A stretch of DNA of 64,000 nt from Microbotryum violaceum. Lineage: Eukaryota. Under the pieces are notes generated by a model. That model was not told where the DNA came from. It saw only the letters and a list, made by a program, of their open reading frames with translations, and made no database searches. Both the position numbers and the translations under genes were made by a program. Of this stretch, positions 26,201 to 36,717 are shown piece by piece. The stretch is taken from assembly GCA_001244265.2 (NCBI GenBank), contig CDLV01000006.1, positions 1,674,001-1,738,000 on the forward strand, in the 5' to 3' direction. Positions within the stretch are counted from its first letter, which is position 1; each line of letters opens with the position of its first letter.

Positions 26201-29200
26201 TAGTTGCCACTCTTTGAAGATTCCGCAGACGGAGGGCCGATCGGACTAATAGGAGAAAAAAATCGATGCGACGTGCCCGCCGAGGCCGAGTTGCTCGAGT
26301 CGGTCGACGCTGACTTGAGTTTCGTACCTTGACTATAGGTCCGCACCCGCACATCTCGGTTGAGCGTGCTGAATGCTGGCCCCAGATTGAGCGAGAGGCG
26401 TGGGTTCTTGCGCTTCGTCTCGCTTCCGGGATCGCCACCCTCGCTGCTTGGATCGGATCCCGATGAATCGTGTTGCGCCGGCTTCGGTGGTTGCAAGCGA
26501 TTGCTTGCGACGAAACGAACGCCAGGTGCGAGCGCCCCGGCGGGAACGGTCGCACCGAATCGGCTCTGATACATGTTCGAGGCCGCTTGAGCACGCGCAC
26601 TCAAATCCTGCGCCGAGCTCGCGGTACGCAGCGCAGGTTTCGGGGTTTGAGGGCGCGTAAACTGCGACGACGTGCGGGAGGCGACGGGCTCGAGGGTATG
26701 CGGCGACGTCGCTTGGTCGCTCGGTGTACGGGGTGCACGCTGATCCGTGGGCGAAAGAGGGGAGAAGCTCGAGCGCACGGCGCTCCACCAAGTATCGATT
26801 TTGAACCCAAGCTTGCTACGACGACGTTTGCCTTCAGGCGAAGCGCCGACGTTGGTGCTTAGCGTCGAAGCCGTCCGTATGAGCGGCGCAATCGGCTCCG
26901 GCAGAGGCGGCGCAATCGGCTTCATGGGTATCGACGAAGAGGAAAGTTTGCTCGGCATGGATTGCAGCTTCAATCCGGGCGTCGTCGGAGGACCGAGGCT
27001 GTGAGTCGGAGACGAAGGAGTCATGGCAGCCGTCGTGGCTTCGAAAGGGTAGTATTGCTCTGCAAGAGATTCAGCAGCTCCAGATTAGAAGGCGAGCTTA
27101 GGTGGTCGCTTTAATTTTGCAAGTTCACGTATCACTTACCACGTGCTTTGCCCTTGCCCTTGTCATCAACCAACTCACCGCCTGTCTCGGCCTCGCTAGC
27201 AGCCCCTAGCGCAGGGGTCTGTTGCTCAGCTCGCATCTTGGCCGCCTTCATACGTTCGTATTCGTCGAGCCAATCGACCCATTCGACCTGCGCACCATTC
27301 CCACCTTCACTCTCCCCTTCGAATCGCGTGATGTCCCTCTCGACAATCTCCGCATCCGAAGCCAACCCCTCTTCGTTGGTCGCCTGTGACCTCGGTTGTA
27401 GCGATAAATCACTGAGCCACGACGAACCCCTCGCCAAGCCGGGGTGCGACCCACTGGACGATTTCCACTTGCGCATCTTGGCCGCTCGACTGGCGACGAT
27501 TATTTGCGCGTACTCGTCGGTGCTACTCTCGGGGGCGAAGAGGCCGCTCCCGGAGCCAATGTTGGTGGGGACGATCGACATGCGGTGGTTCGTCACTCGC
27601 AAAGATGAGCTCGGCGCTGCCCAGTCATTGTCGATTTGGCGCTGCGAGATTGAAGTTAACAGCTCGGGCGAGAGGAGCGCATCGCGAGCGGCGTTGGCGG
27701 CGAAAGGGGACAAACCCGCCGAGAGAGGGGAAACGCCCAGGTCGTGCTGAGGCTCGTCGAGCGAGGAAGAGCCAGTCATATCGAAAGGCGACGAGGAAAA
27801 CGCGTGGCTGAACGGTTGCGCCGCGCTTTTTGTCCGACTTCGGCCCGCGGACGAGGTCGAGGCAGAAGGGGGGAGGGACGGAAATGGAAAAAGAGGGGCA
27901 AATGCCGATGAAGTTGTTAACGGAGTCGCGGGCGAAGGGCCTGAATGGTGTCCTCGATCAAGACTGGTCCTACGCGATATAGGTCGTGATCCCGGTCGCG
28001 ACGAAGGATTTGACGAGAGTCGCGAGCGGTTTTCAGAGTGCGCCGGTGAAGCAGATCCCGATGCTGAAGCCGGCGAGTGCGCGCGCGTCGCAGATGGTGT
28101 TCGAGGCAAAGCGTTCTCGAGCGTCGGGAACGTAAAACCGTCGGATGCGCTGCCCACAGGGCTCTGCGTCAACAGATTCGGTCGAAAGTCGATCGCACTC
28201 CGAACAGACTCGGGGACCTTGGTCAACTTGATTGACTCGGCGGGGGGGGGAGCGGCCGGATATGGGCTCGAGAGCTGAGCCGAGAGCTGGGACCGGTTCG
28301 GTGCGCGCGAGCTCGTCGGTGAACCGGGAGCAAAGGGCCGCGGAGCAGAGACCAAGTTGATCGAGGCTCGTCTCGAGATGGAGTTGGCAGGCACTGACGA
28401 CATTGACGGCGACGGAGGACTCGAAGTCACAGCGAAAGCCGCGGCGGCTGCCGAGGTGCTCGCTCTGGGCGTCGAGTTGGACGAGCTTGCGTTGCCGCCG
28501 GCAGGCGAACTTGTGACGTCGAACAATCGCGACCTTCGCCGCGGTCCGAGGTCATCCGTAGGTGTCGTTGGACTCTGGCTTGGACTCGAGACGGCCGAGC
28601 TGACGGGGAGACCGCTCGCACGTCCTATCGACCGCACGCGTGGTGTCCAGTTGTTGCGAGCGAGGTCATGCTCGGAACTGCTATCGACGAGGCTGGGCGA
28701 ACGTTTGTGGTGCGTCGTCGCATTAGGTGCCGTCGTAGATCTGACTCGGGGTGCCGAGAGCGTAGAAGACAAATTACCCTGTAAACTCGGAGCGTTGATA
28801 TCCGGCAAGGCGACGATGGAAAGTGTCGGTGAGATATCGATATCTGCAAGATGCCAAGCGGGTCAGTTTGGTTCGTCCGATCGGGTCCCGCGAAGGAGAG
28901 ACGGGAACAGAGTGCTGACTCGCCTCCAAAAGGTGCCAGATTCTCGCGTACGAGAGGACTTCCTGCCCTTCCTCCGCCGAGGGCCCCTCGGCTTCCTCGA
29001 TGACCAATCTCCTCTTCTTCGTCATCGATGGCTTCTTCATCACCGTCTTCGTCGCCTTTCGAAGGCTCGCCATCCTCTTCAGGGCCCGAGGCTTGTGCTA
29101 ACGGCGATGGAAACAGGGGAGTAGTACTCAGCCGAACGCTGGAAGGTGTGGTGGTGGCTGAAGGGGCGATGACGGCGGGGACGGATTGAGTCGCCGAGGG

Positions 29201-29642
29201 GATTGAAATGGCCTGAGATGGGGAAGAGGGGTGCGACGACTCGCTCAATCCGAGTGGGGAAGGCGCCAACAGGTTTGTCGTCACCACGGTAGATGTAGCC
29301 AAAGGGGATCTTTTAGTTGTAGCCGTCGTCAACAAGCTCGAGGAGGAGCTGCTACCGCTATTGCCGCCGAAGCTGCTCGACACCGACGAAGGTGGGGCAA
29401 GATGGGCCGAAGATGTAGAAGCCTTGTCGTGGGTCGGCGAGAACATGCCGGTGACGTGGGGCCCTATGTGATGGCCCGATTCGGATTCACTCCCGCTCTC
29501 GAGGCTGGTGGTGTAGTCGGTGAGGCTGGCCGACGACGAGACGATCGCCGACACGGTGCCTCGTCGACTGCGCCGCGTCGAACCGACCGACGAGCCGGCG
29601 TACGTCGCGACTGACAATCGACGCGAGGTGATCGACGGCGGA

Positions 29643-29689
<47 letters not shown>

Positions 29690-30205
29690 AGGTGGTGGGG
29701 ATGACGATGTCGAGGAGGTTGGGGTCGACCCAGCGCGGTACAATGGACTCGAAGACGACGAGGACGAGGACGAGGCGGCTACGGTCGACAAGGGCGATAG
29801 GCGTGAGACCGTTCCTGACGATGAGGCTCTTGAGGCCAGGTGGGGATGGCGGCTGCTGCTGCTGCTGGGAGCGCCGGCGGAGCTGCCCGACGTAGCCGAC
29901 CGCAACGATTGGGCTTGCGCCAAGGGAGGTGAAGCTAGTGGAGGGGATCCCGAAACAAAAAAAGTCGAGGTCAAAGAAGAGAATGCAGCTGATTCGGTCG
30001 AAGATGACGGTGCCGGGGTCAGTAGCCGAAGAGCAATCGCGCTAGTCGCTGAGTTCGATCTGCCGCTGTCGCTCGTGCTGCCGGAGGCGCTAGCGGTGGA
30101 CGCTGCTGCTGCAGCTGTCCCAATGCCGAGATCCGACTGCGTGGTGCTGTTGCTCCCTGTGCCGGGAGTACGGCGAGACGAGTCGTCCTCTGGCACCTGG
30201 GCCAT
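20250..30205 (-). CDS. RIM15: Rim15/Cek1-family Ser/Thr kinase (PAS, C2HC finger, split kinase domain, receiver domain), ~3100 aa over ~8 exons
   Basis: AAKENCDKELRRII and WYVQLLLAVAGLSRVIEWW helices, PAS (YLSSAWQELVG), CRICE...HNETC, KPISKGA, HRDLKPDN, TDFGLS-insert-FVGTPDYLAPE, and C-terminal REC (FLDIQMP). Exons can be joined in frame. Confidence 0.9.
29643..29687. repeat. (GAC)~15 coding microsatellite encoding poly-Ser in Rim15 exon 1
   Basis: Perfect GAC run on the plus strand, read as TCG (Ser) on the minus strand. Confidence 0.9.
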
Positions 30206-31141
30206 GCTGGTGTCGACTCGAGAAAAGGTAGTCACGGTCCTCGGACGTCGGTGGATTCGGACACGAAAGTACCTTCGAGTGGTCGTCGTCGTTGTACGGA
30301 ACCGCCAGACGCGTATAGCTGGGGCGGCGCGGGATTTCGAATTTCGACGCGGCTAGACCAGCTATATTCGGCCACGGGTATCACCGCTTCGTCGTACACA
30401 CGCTTACAGACGAGCCTGAAAGCTTGATGCGAGGGTCCGATAAGCAGGCCAAGTGCACCGAGCAAGCGTCACATGACACAAGCCCCTCGGTGATTTTGCC
30501 TACTCACATCCGGACCTTTCCGAGGTCGAAGAAGCGCCTATAGAAAGGGGCTGCTCTGCTGCCCGGGGCCAACGTGGAAGCACGGGTCCCCCTCGTGCAC
30601 TCCCGTGATCGCGAACCCGGCGCCCCGCTCAGGCCCACCCTTTCACCCCGAGCACCCCGCTTTTCAAAAAACGTTGATTTTGCGTAGATAACCGAATATG
30701 TATCAGTCTTGATACAACACCAAAAAAAATGCCTATTTGGGCACCGCCCAAGGGCTCTTCCTCACAATCTATCTCAAAAGCCGCCTTTCTTTGATTAAAG
30801 TCTCGTTTTGAGCTAAGAGGAGTTGTTCGAAGTGCGCCACCGTCGCGCAAAGTTCTCATACTTTTCCCCGAAGGAGGTGGTCAGGTCAGTGGCATCTGTG
30901 CGTACGACATTTATTGTAGTCCAAACGATACATCTTTTTTGAAGTCTAGCTGTAATGTAGACCCTCGTTCTTCCTTGTCCAGCAAGCCGTTTCGATCTTC
31001 ATACAGGGGGTGAGTCCCTGCGCGGTAGTTCAGAGGCAGTACAAGCGTCTCGATCTAATCTTGTACGTAGCGTAACATAGTGAACATAGTCCCTCCAAAC
31101 AAAAAAATTATTCAAAAAATACTACTTAAACCTTTTAAGAC

Positions 31142-32806
31142 CTACCTAACCCCTGCCCCACCCGTTCCCCCAGCTACCGTCCCAGAAGGAGGCCCCTCTT
31201 TCTTGATCCCCGTCAACCTCCCAAATAGATTCGCCGAGGGGTTCATAGGCACCCGAGTTCTAGAGAGAAGTTTTTGAGGTTCTATTGAAGATGGTGGTGG
31301 ATGGGGGTTGGATTTGTTCGAGGAAGATGGTGGTGGTGCCCCTCGAGTGGGTTTTACATGAGGTGGTGGATCTCGATCGGACCGAAGTTTCCTCGGACTA
31401 GGTGGAATAGCCTGCCTTGAACCTGGATGATCGGAAGTTTTAGTTGATGGTGGTGGTCCTTTTCCCGTCCGACCTGAAGCAGGTGGAGGCGACGTCGAAC
31501 CGGCTTTGAGAAGAGTCGAATCGTTACCTCTGGTCCTTCGTGCTGGTGCAGCACCGCTTCTTGATCCAGCACCACCTCTCCCCGTCGCACTTGCACCGAT
31601 ATTCGGAACCCCTCCGACCCCTCTCCTCGCGAATCGACCCTCCAACGATGGTGGGGAACTCGCACTTCCGGCACTGGTAGGTGATATCGACAGCCCCGAA
31701 GCACGTGTCCCCAAATCGTCGATTTCCATGTTCGACGTCGTCGTGTTCGTGTTCGTGGTCGTGGTTGCCGAAACCAACCAATCATCTTCCAACTCGGGTA
31801 ACTCCCCATCTTGGTCATCGTCGTCTGCCCAATTGATGTGCGAGGTTGGAGTAGCGGGTGGGGAAACAGACGGGTTCGAAGCTGGTGGTGGTGTACTAGA
31901 CCTTGAAAGAGGTTTTTGGACTTGGACGGGCGGACTGGAGGGAAGTTTCACGATCGGCAGTGAACTCTTAGCCGTCGGTGGGGAAGGTGTTGAAGAAGGG
32001 ATAGAGACCACGGGCGTCGGGGGAATTGGCGTGGGTTTCGGCGTCGTCGAAATCTTCACAGCCGGTTCAAGCTGCATCGACTTGTTCGTCTCGAAGAACA
32101 AAGCGTTGTATGTGTCGGGGATCTTAGCATGTTCATCATCGTCTGAATCATCGGCCCACATCGATCGACCACCCAAAGCAGGTTGTTTCGCCGATACGGT
32201 GTTGCTCGTCTTTGGCGGTACAGACGAAGATGGCGCCGTCGAAGTCTTTCGTGGAGGGGCCGTCGCCGGTTGGGTCGAGGGAGGTGAGACATCCAAATTT
32301 CTCAACTTGGCCAGCATTCCATCGATCGCATCGATCGCTTCTGACGAAGTGCCTTCATTCGTCTTCGCATCGTGTGAAGTCGAAGGAGGGGAGGACGAGA
32401 AACACAATTTCGCCACGGTGTCCGGATTAGGTTTGAACTTTGCCTGGGGTGATTTGGACAAAGGTGGACTCGGGGGTGGAGTAATAGCCCATCTCGAAGT
32501 CGCGAGATCGGTCGTAGGCTTCGTTGTCGCCGCGGGTATGCCCGTGGCTTTGGGTGGGGCTTTAACTCGGGGTGCCGGAGAATCGTGCTGGGTCGCTGTT
32601 GGATGCGAAGATGAAAGCTGCGACTGCGACTGGGATTGTGGTTGGGTTTGATTGCGATTTCTCGCGCCTCTCGTCCTTGTTCGCTGTACGATTGGTGAAG
32701 GCGCGCCTGATCCGGCAAGGTCCGCAAGGGCCCCTGTTGAAGAGTTAACGGCGCCGGGCCGAGGTGGAGGAGCCAAACGTGAGAGGAGGGAGGGGGCGGT
32801 CGTCAT
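31142..32806 (-). CDS. Low-complexity Pro/Ser/Thr-rich hypothetical protein (554 aa, single coding exon)
   Basis: Long ATG-initiated ORF with short Trp-containing islands (SRWA, SMWADDSDDD, INWADDDDQDGELPELEDDW) and C-terminal NLFGRLTG. Intron signals upstream suggest a spliced 5' UTR. Confidence 0.65.
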   Translation of the reverse strand: MTTAPSLLSRLAPPPRPGAVNSSTGALADLAGSGAPSPIVQRTRTRGARNRNQTQPQSQSQSQLSSSHPTATQHDSPAPRVKAPPKATGIPAATTKPTTDLATSRWAITPPPSPPLSKSPQAKFKPNPDTVAKLCFSSSPPSTSHDAKTNEGTSSEAIDAIDGMLAKLRNLDVSPPSTQPATAPPRKTSTAPSSSVPPKTSNTVSAKQPALGGRSMWADDSDDDEHAKIPDTYNALFFETNKSMQLEPAVKISTTPKPTPIPPTPVVSIPSSTPSPPTAKSSLPIVKLPSSPPVQVQKPLSRSSTPPPASNPSVSPPATPTSHINWADDDDQDGELPELEDDWLVSATTTTNTNTTTSNMEIDDLGTRASGLSISPTSAGSASSPPSLEGRFARRGVGGVPNIGASATGRGGAGSRSGAAPARRTRGNDSTLLKAGSTSPPPASGRTGKGPPPSTKTSDHPGSRQAIPPSPRKLRSDRDPPPHVKPTRGAPPPSSSNKSNPHPPPSSIEPQKLLSRTRVPMNPSANLFGRLTGIKKEGPPSGTVAGGTGGAGVR

Positions 32807-33746
32807 GTCGTCCTGAGTATATCTTCTCCGTGGGGGAGAAGGGATGGGTGCTGATATGAAGTATAGTGGTGGGTGGGCCGGAGGGATAACACGAAAGGAT
32901 CTGAGGTGTGTTCCTTCTGCCCTAGTGCGCCGGCGAAAATGTGGGGAACCGGGAAGAAATCGAATCGAGCACGCGAAGGGATCAGTACATCTCCTAAGCA
33001 GCAGATGGATTCAGTAGAAGTAGGGACCTACAAATCAATAAGACGAGGACGAGACTGATGGGCCAGGATGATCAGGTCAGGGTGTACGAAAGCGTGGGTT
33101 GGGGGATTGAGTAACTGAGCAGGCAAGGACCAGGCGTCCGCATAGTCCAAGGTCAGCCAAGGGTCCGAGACGAACGTGGTGATTATGCACACCCCAGATA
33201 CCGCCATGATCTGGATGACATGTAGTGACCCCTTGTCGAAGGGACGGAGCATGTGTCCAGGGTCGAAGCCGCTGCGCCCCCACTCGAGTCGGAAGGTGGT
33301 GGTGCAGCCGAGGTTGGGTCGCCGCGGTGAAGCTAGACTAGTAAGCAGACTCACAACACCCGAGAATTCCAAGCTTGAGTGAATTCCGAATAATAATAAA
33401 TTAAAACAAGAGGATCGAAGGAGATACAGGGAGGGTGGGACCTTGGACGGTCGTCTGCCAGATTAGCTAGCACAGTTCGCCGCCGGTACGGTACAGATGG
33501 GGCGGTGTCTGATTTGATTAGTGCTGCATGATTGTCGGGAGTAGAGTTGGGACTAGTTGTGCCCGGGTAAAGTAGAACCCAGATCGTTGTGCGGTGTAGG
33601 TGACGGTGGGGAAGGAGAGGGAACGAGGTGGTGCTCTTGCTGAAGCGGGCGAGGCGCTTGCAGGGGGTGGCGAGCCAGCGCGAGGCCAGGCGCGCCGGTC
33701 GGTTAGAGCTGGTCCGAGCGGGTGAGCCAACCCTATCTGCATATTA

Positions 33747-33798
33747 GCCGTCCCGCGCCGTCCCGCGCCGTCCCGCGCCCTCCCGCGCCCTCCCGCGC
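33747..33798. repeat. Tandem array of 5 x GCCSTCCCGC in a divergent promoter
   Basis: GCCGTCCCGC x3 followed by GCCCTCCCGC x2, ~110 bp upstream of the SmG ATG. Confidence 0.9.
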
Positions 33799-33907
33799 GC
33801 ACGATCAGTCACGCCCCAGACAACGCCAGACTGGACTGGTCGCCTCGTTCTTGCTCGGTCTCTCGCCTCCTCCGCACCTCGTCTACCCCCCCTCTGATCC
33901 CATCAAA

Positions 33908-34515
33908 ATGGCCAGTCGCACGTGTACTCGCACCATGACCGGATCTCACGTAACTGACCTCCGCCCTACACCGCGCTCTCTCTCGTCCGCTCTGTTCCCG
34001 CTCGCAGTCCAAGGTCTCTGCCCCCGAACTCAAGAAGGTGAGTCTCCCTCACTCTCACGCATGCCGTACAATACACAAGAAAGAAGGAATAGACCCTATC
34101 CATGCGCTCTGGCTTTTCTGGACCATCACGCACCTCCCTCTACACTCCTCTCGACGAACCGGATCCTGAAACTGACCTGACCCTCTCCCACCTCACCTCA
34201 CCTCGACGAACCCCTTATTCCCCCCCACTCCAACTGACCACAGTACATGGACAAGCTCCTAGTCGTGAACGTTCAAGGCGGTCGGAAAGTCAGCGGCTAC
34301 TTGAGGGGTTACGACATCTTCCTCAACTTGGTCCTCGACGACGCGAGGGAGGAGAACCAAGTGGACAAGACACCTTGTGGAACTGTCGTACGTGAGCACA
34401 GCCTGAGCAGAGTAGTAGTCCCGGGGCTGATCTTTCCGAGTTGGGGTTTTTGGTTTGGGATTAGGTCATTCGAGGGAACTCGGTAACGAGTATGGAACTC
34501 ACCGCAAGTCGATGA
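33908..34515 (+). CDS. SMX2: Small nuclear ribonucleoprotein G (SmG), 4 exons
   Basis: Exons 33908-33910, 34008-34037, 34244-34387 and 34465-34515 give M|SKVSAPELKK|YMDK...GGRKVSGYLRGYDIFLNLVLDD...|VIRGNSV, with the Sm1/Sm2 motifs typical of SmG. Confidence 0.92.
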
Positions 34516-35008
34516 GCCGTACCTTGGACCCGCAACGAACGAGTGAACAAACGAGCGAACGAACGACGAGCGTACACACCAAAACCCGCCCACCAGGACC
34601 AACTGCAGCGTCCTCTTTTTATTGTAACAACACCACAACCCAACTCTCGGGTCGCGTTCCTCCGCTTGGCCCTCATCGCGCCTATAGTGTTCTTGGCGGA
34701 GGACATCACAGAGGAATGGATTTTGGGGCATGTAATTACAAACACGTTGTCGATAAGTCCTCATCACGAGAGGTTGAGAGAAGGAAAGTCAAAGAGTTGG
34801 ACAGGAGACAGAATATCTGGTCCTGCTCGAGCGAGACGATTGATATCGGTCGGGTGCACGATCAAGAGCCCAAGGTCACTCACTCACTGCATCTCGAGCA
34901 ATCACCTTACGTCAATTTCGTTTCTTTGGGCAGACCAAGCCTCACAGCCGAATCATTGCAACACACTCCCTCCTCTCTCCTCGGCCATCATCCCTCCTCT
35001 CCCCTCGT

Positions 35009-36417
35009 TCAAACCACCAGCTCCCACCCCAGCTCTTCCCCAGCCATAAAAGGCACCACGAATTCCCTCCCCTTTTCCCCCTCGAACCCAAACGCCTTCT
35101 CGACCTTCCTACCCCCTTCCTGAACCCTCCTCAATTCGACTTCCTCCCCCTCCCGAGCAGGGATCCTATAAAACCTCCTCCCAAATTCCGAGACGTAGCC
35201 CTCCAACTTGTCCAAAGGAATTTCAAATCTTTCAAAGATCGTAGCGATGAGTGGGATAAGATCGGCTTGTGTGTAAATCCCGGCTGCGCATGGACTGGGT
35301 AAGACGATCTCTTCGCCTTGGACAGCGTTCAGGTTCGTACGGGTGTATTTCAACGTTGGCAATTTGGCGCCTGATGGGTGCGGTGCCGAATCACTGCCGA
35401 GGAAGAATTGAGGATTACCCGAAGCGATGACCGATCGGAGCGCGGATCGATCGGAAGGGTATTTGGCGAGGGGTTTGCAGAAGTGCAGGGAGGAGCTTAC
35501 GGCTTGGTCGATGGTGAGGGCGAGGTGGTGCGGCGTGATCGTCGCGCAGACGTTCGAGGGGAGCGTCTTGACCTGTGTGGGACAGATGTTAGTTAGCAAC
35601 CGTTGACGCAAGTCGATCGGTACGCCCTCTCATAGCTCATGCGGCTACGAGGATACTCACACATTCGACAGCGGCGGCGGTCGTGCAATGTTCGAGCACG
35701 ATGCGCAACTTGGGAAACTTGGTGTGGATCTCGCGCAAGTGGGGCAGGAAGCGTTCCTCGGCATTGAGGACGCAAGTTCCCTATGAGAACATCGTGAAGG
35801 ATGATGTCAGCCCGTCTATCCGTGCTGAGTCGATAGTGCCGCTCCCCAGCGTCGATCCGGAGGCCGAAATTTTCGCAACGCCCACGCATCAGAATACTCA
35901 CATCACCGTCCACATCACTCGGCACCTCGCCATGCAAGTTCAACACCATATCACACCTCTCCATCTCGGCAAAGACCTCATCAAAAACCGAATACCCTTC
36001 CATCCCGACCCCACCTTCGGAATTGGTCGTCACTCCACGAGGATAGGATTTCACACCGACGATCCCTTTGGAATGCGCTTCACGGATCACGGAGGGGGTG
36101 AGGGAACGGGTCAGGTAGAGGGACATGAGGAAGTCGGTTCGGGGGGCTTGAGCTTGGAGTTGGGTTAGGTAGTCCATCGTTTGGGAAGGTTCGGTCAAGG
36201 GCGGGATCAGGTTGGGCTGCAGGAGAGGGAAAAGAGGGACGATTGAGCCCACGAACCTGAACAAGAGCCAAGGAGATGAACTGACCATGACGAAACAAGC
36301 CCTGACCCCACCCCTCTCGACATGGGGAGCAACGAGCTTCATCAACGCGCCTTGTCGAAGATGGACATGCGCATCGAATGGCGACGAGAGCTTGAGCGTC
36401 GACGGGGAGGCGGACAT
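35009..36417 (-). CDS. URA4: Dihydroorotase (homodimeric PyrC/Ura4 type)
   Basis: DAHVHLRQG, VM|PNL, GVKSYPRGVTTNS, LNLHGE, LEHCTT, ATITPHHL, FCKP, FFLGSDSAPH, CAAGIYT motifs. Confidence 0.95.
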
Positions 36418-36587
36418 GGCGGCACGGAGCAGCTTGGAAGAAAACAGGGGACGAGGGTGGAGATGGGGGAGCGAAAGAGTCACTTTCAGTAGGAGTGGTG
36501 TGGGGGGAGTCGAGAGACGAGTGGGGACGGTAAAGTTCTGCCCGCGGCAGCTCGCAAGTAGCGAGATAGTACGCGATCGCTAATGAA

Positions 36588-36617
36588 CAATTGCCGCCAA
36601 TTGCCGCCAATTGCCGC
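36588..36617. repeat. Tandem array of 3 x CAATTGCCGC in a divergent promoter
   Basis: Three perfect copies between URA4 and the HD-domain gene, followed by a (CT)n tract. Confidence 0.9.
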
Positions 36618-36717
36618 CGCCGCGCTCCCCCTCGCCACGCCTCTCTTTCACTCTTTCTCTCTCTCTCTCTCTCTCTTTCGGCTTCGCCCCTATCGACGAC
36701 CACTTTCAACCACAGCC

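Noticed and set aside
29520-30356. Plus-strand poly-Asp ORF and other long antisense ORFs (e.g. 31506-32651, 28357-29124, 58138-58992)
   Set aside because: Shadow frames of GC-rich low-complexity coding exons on the opposite strand.
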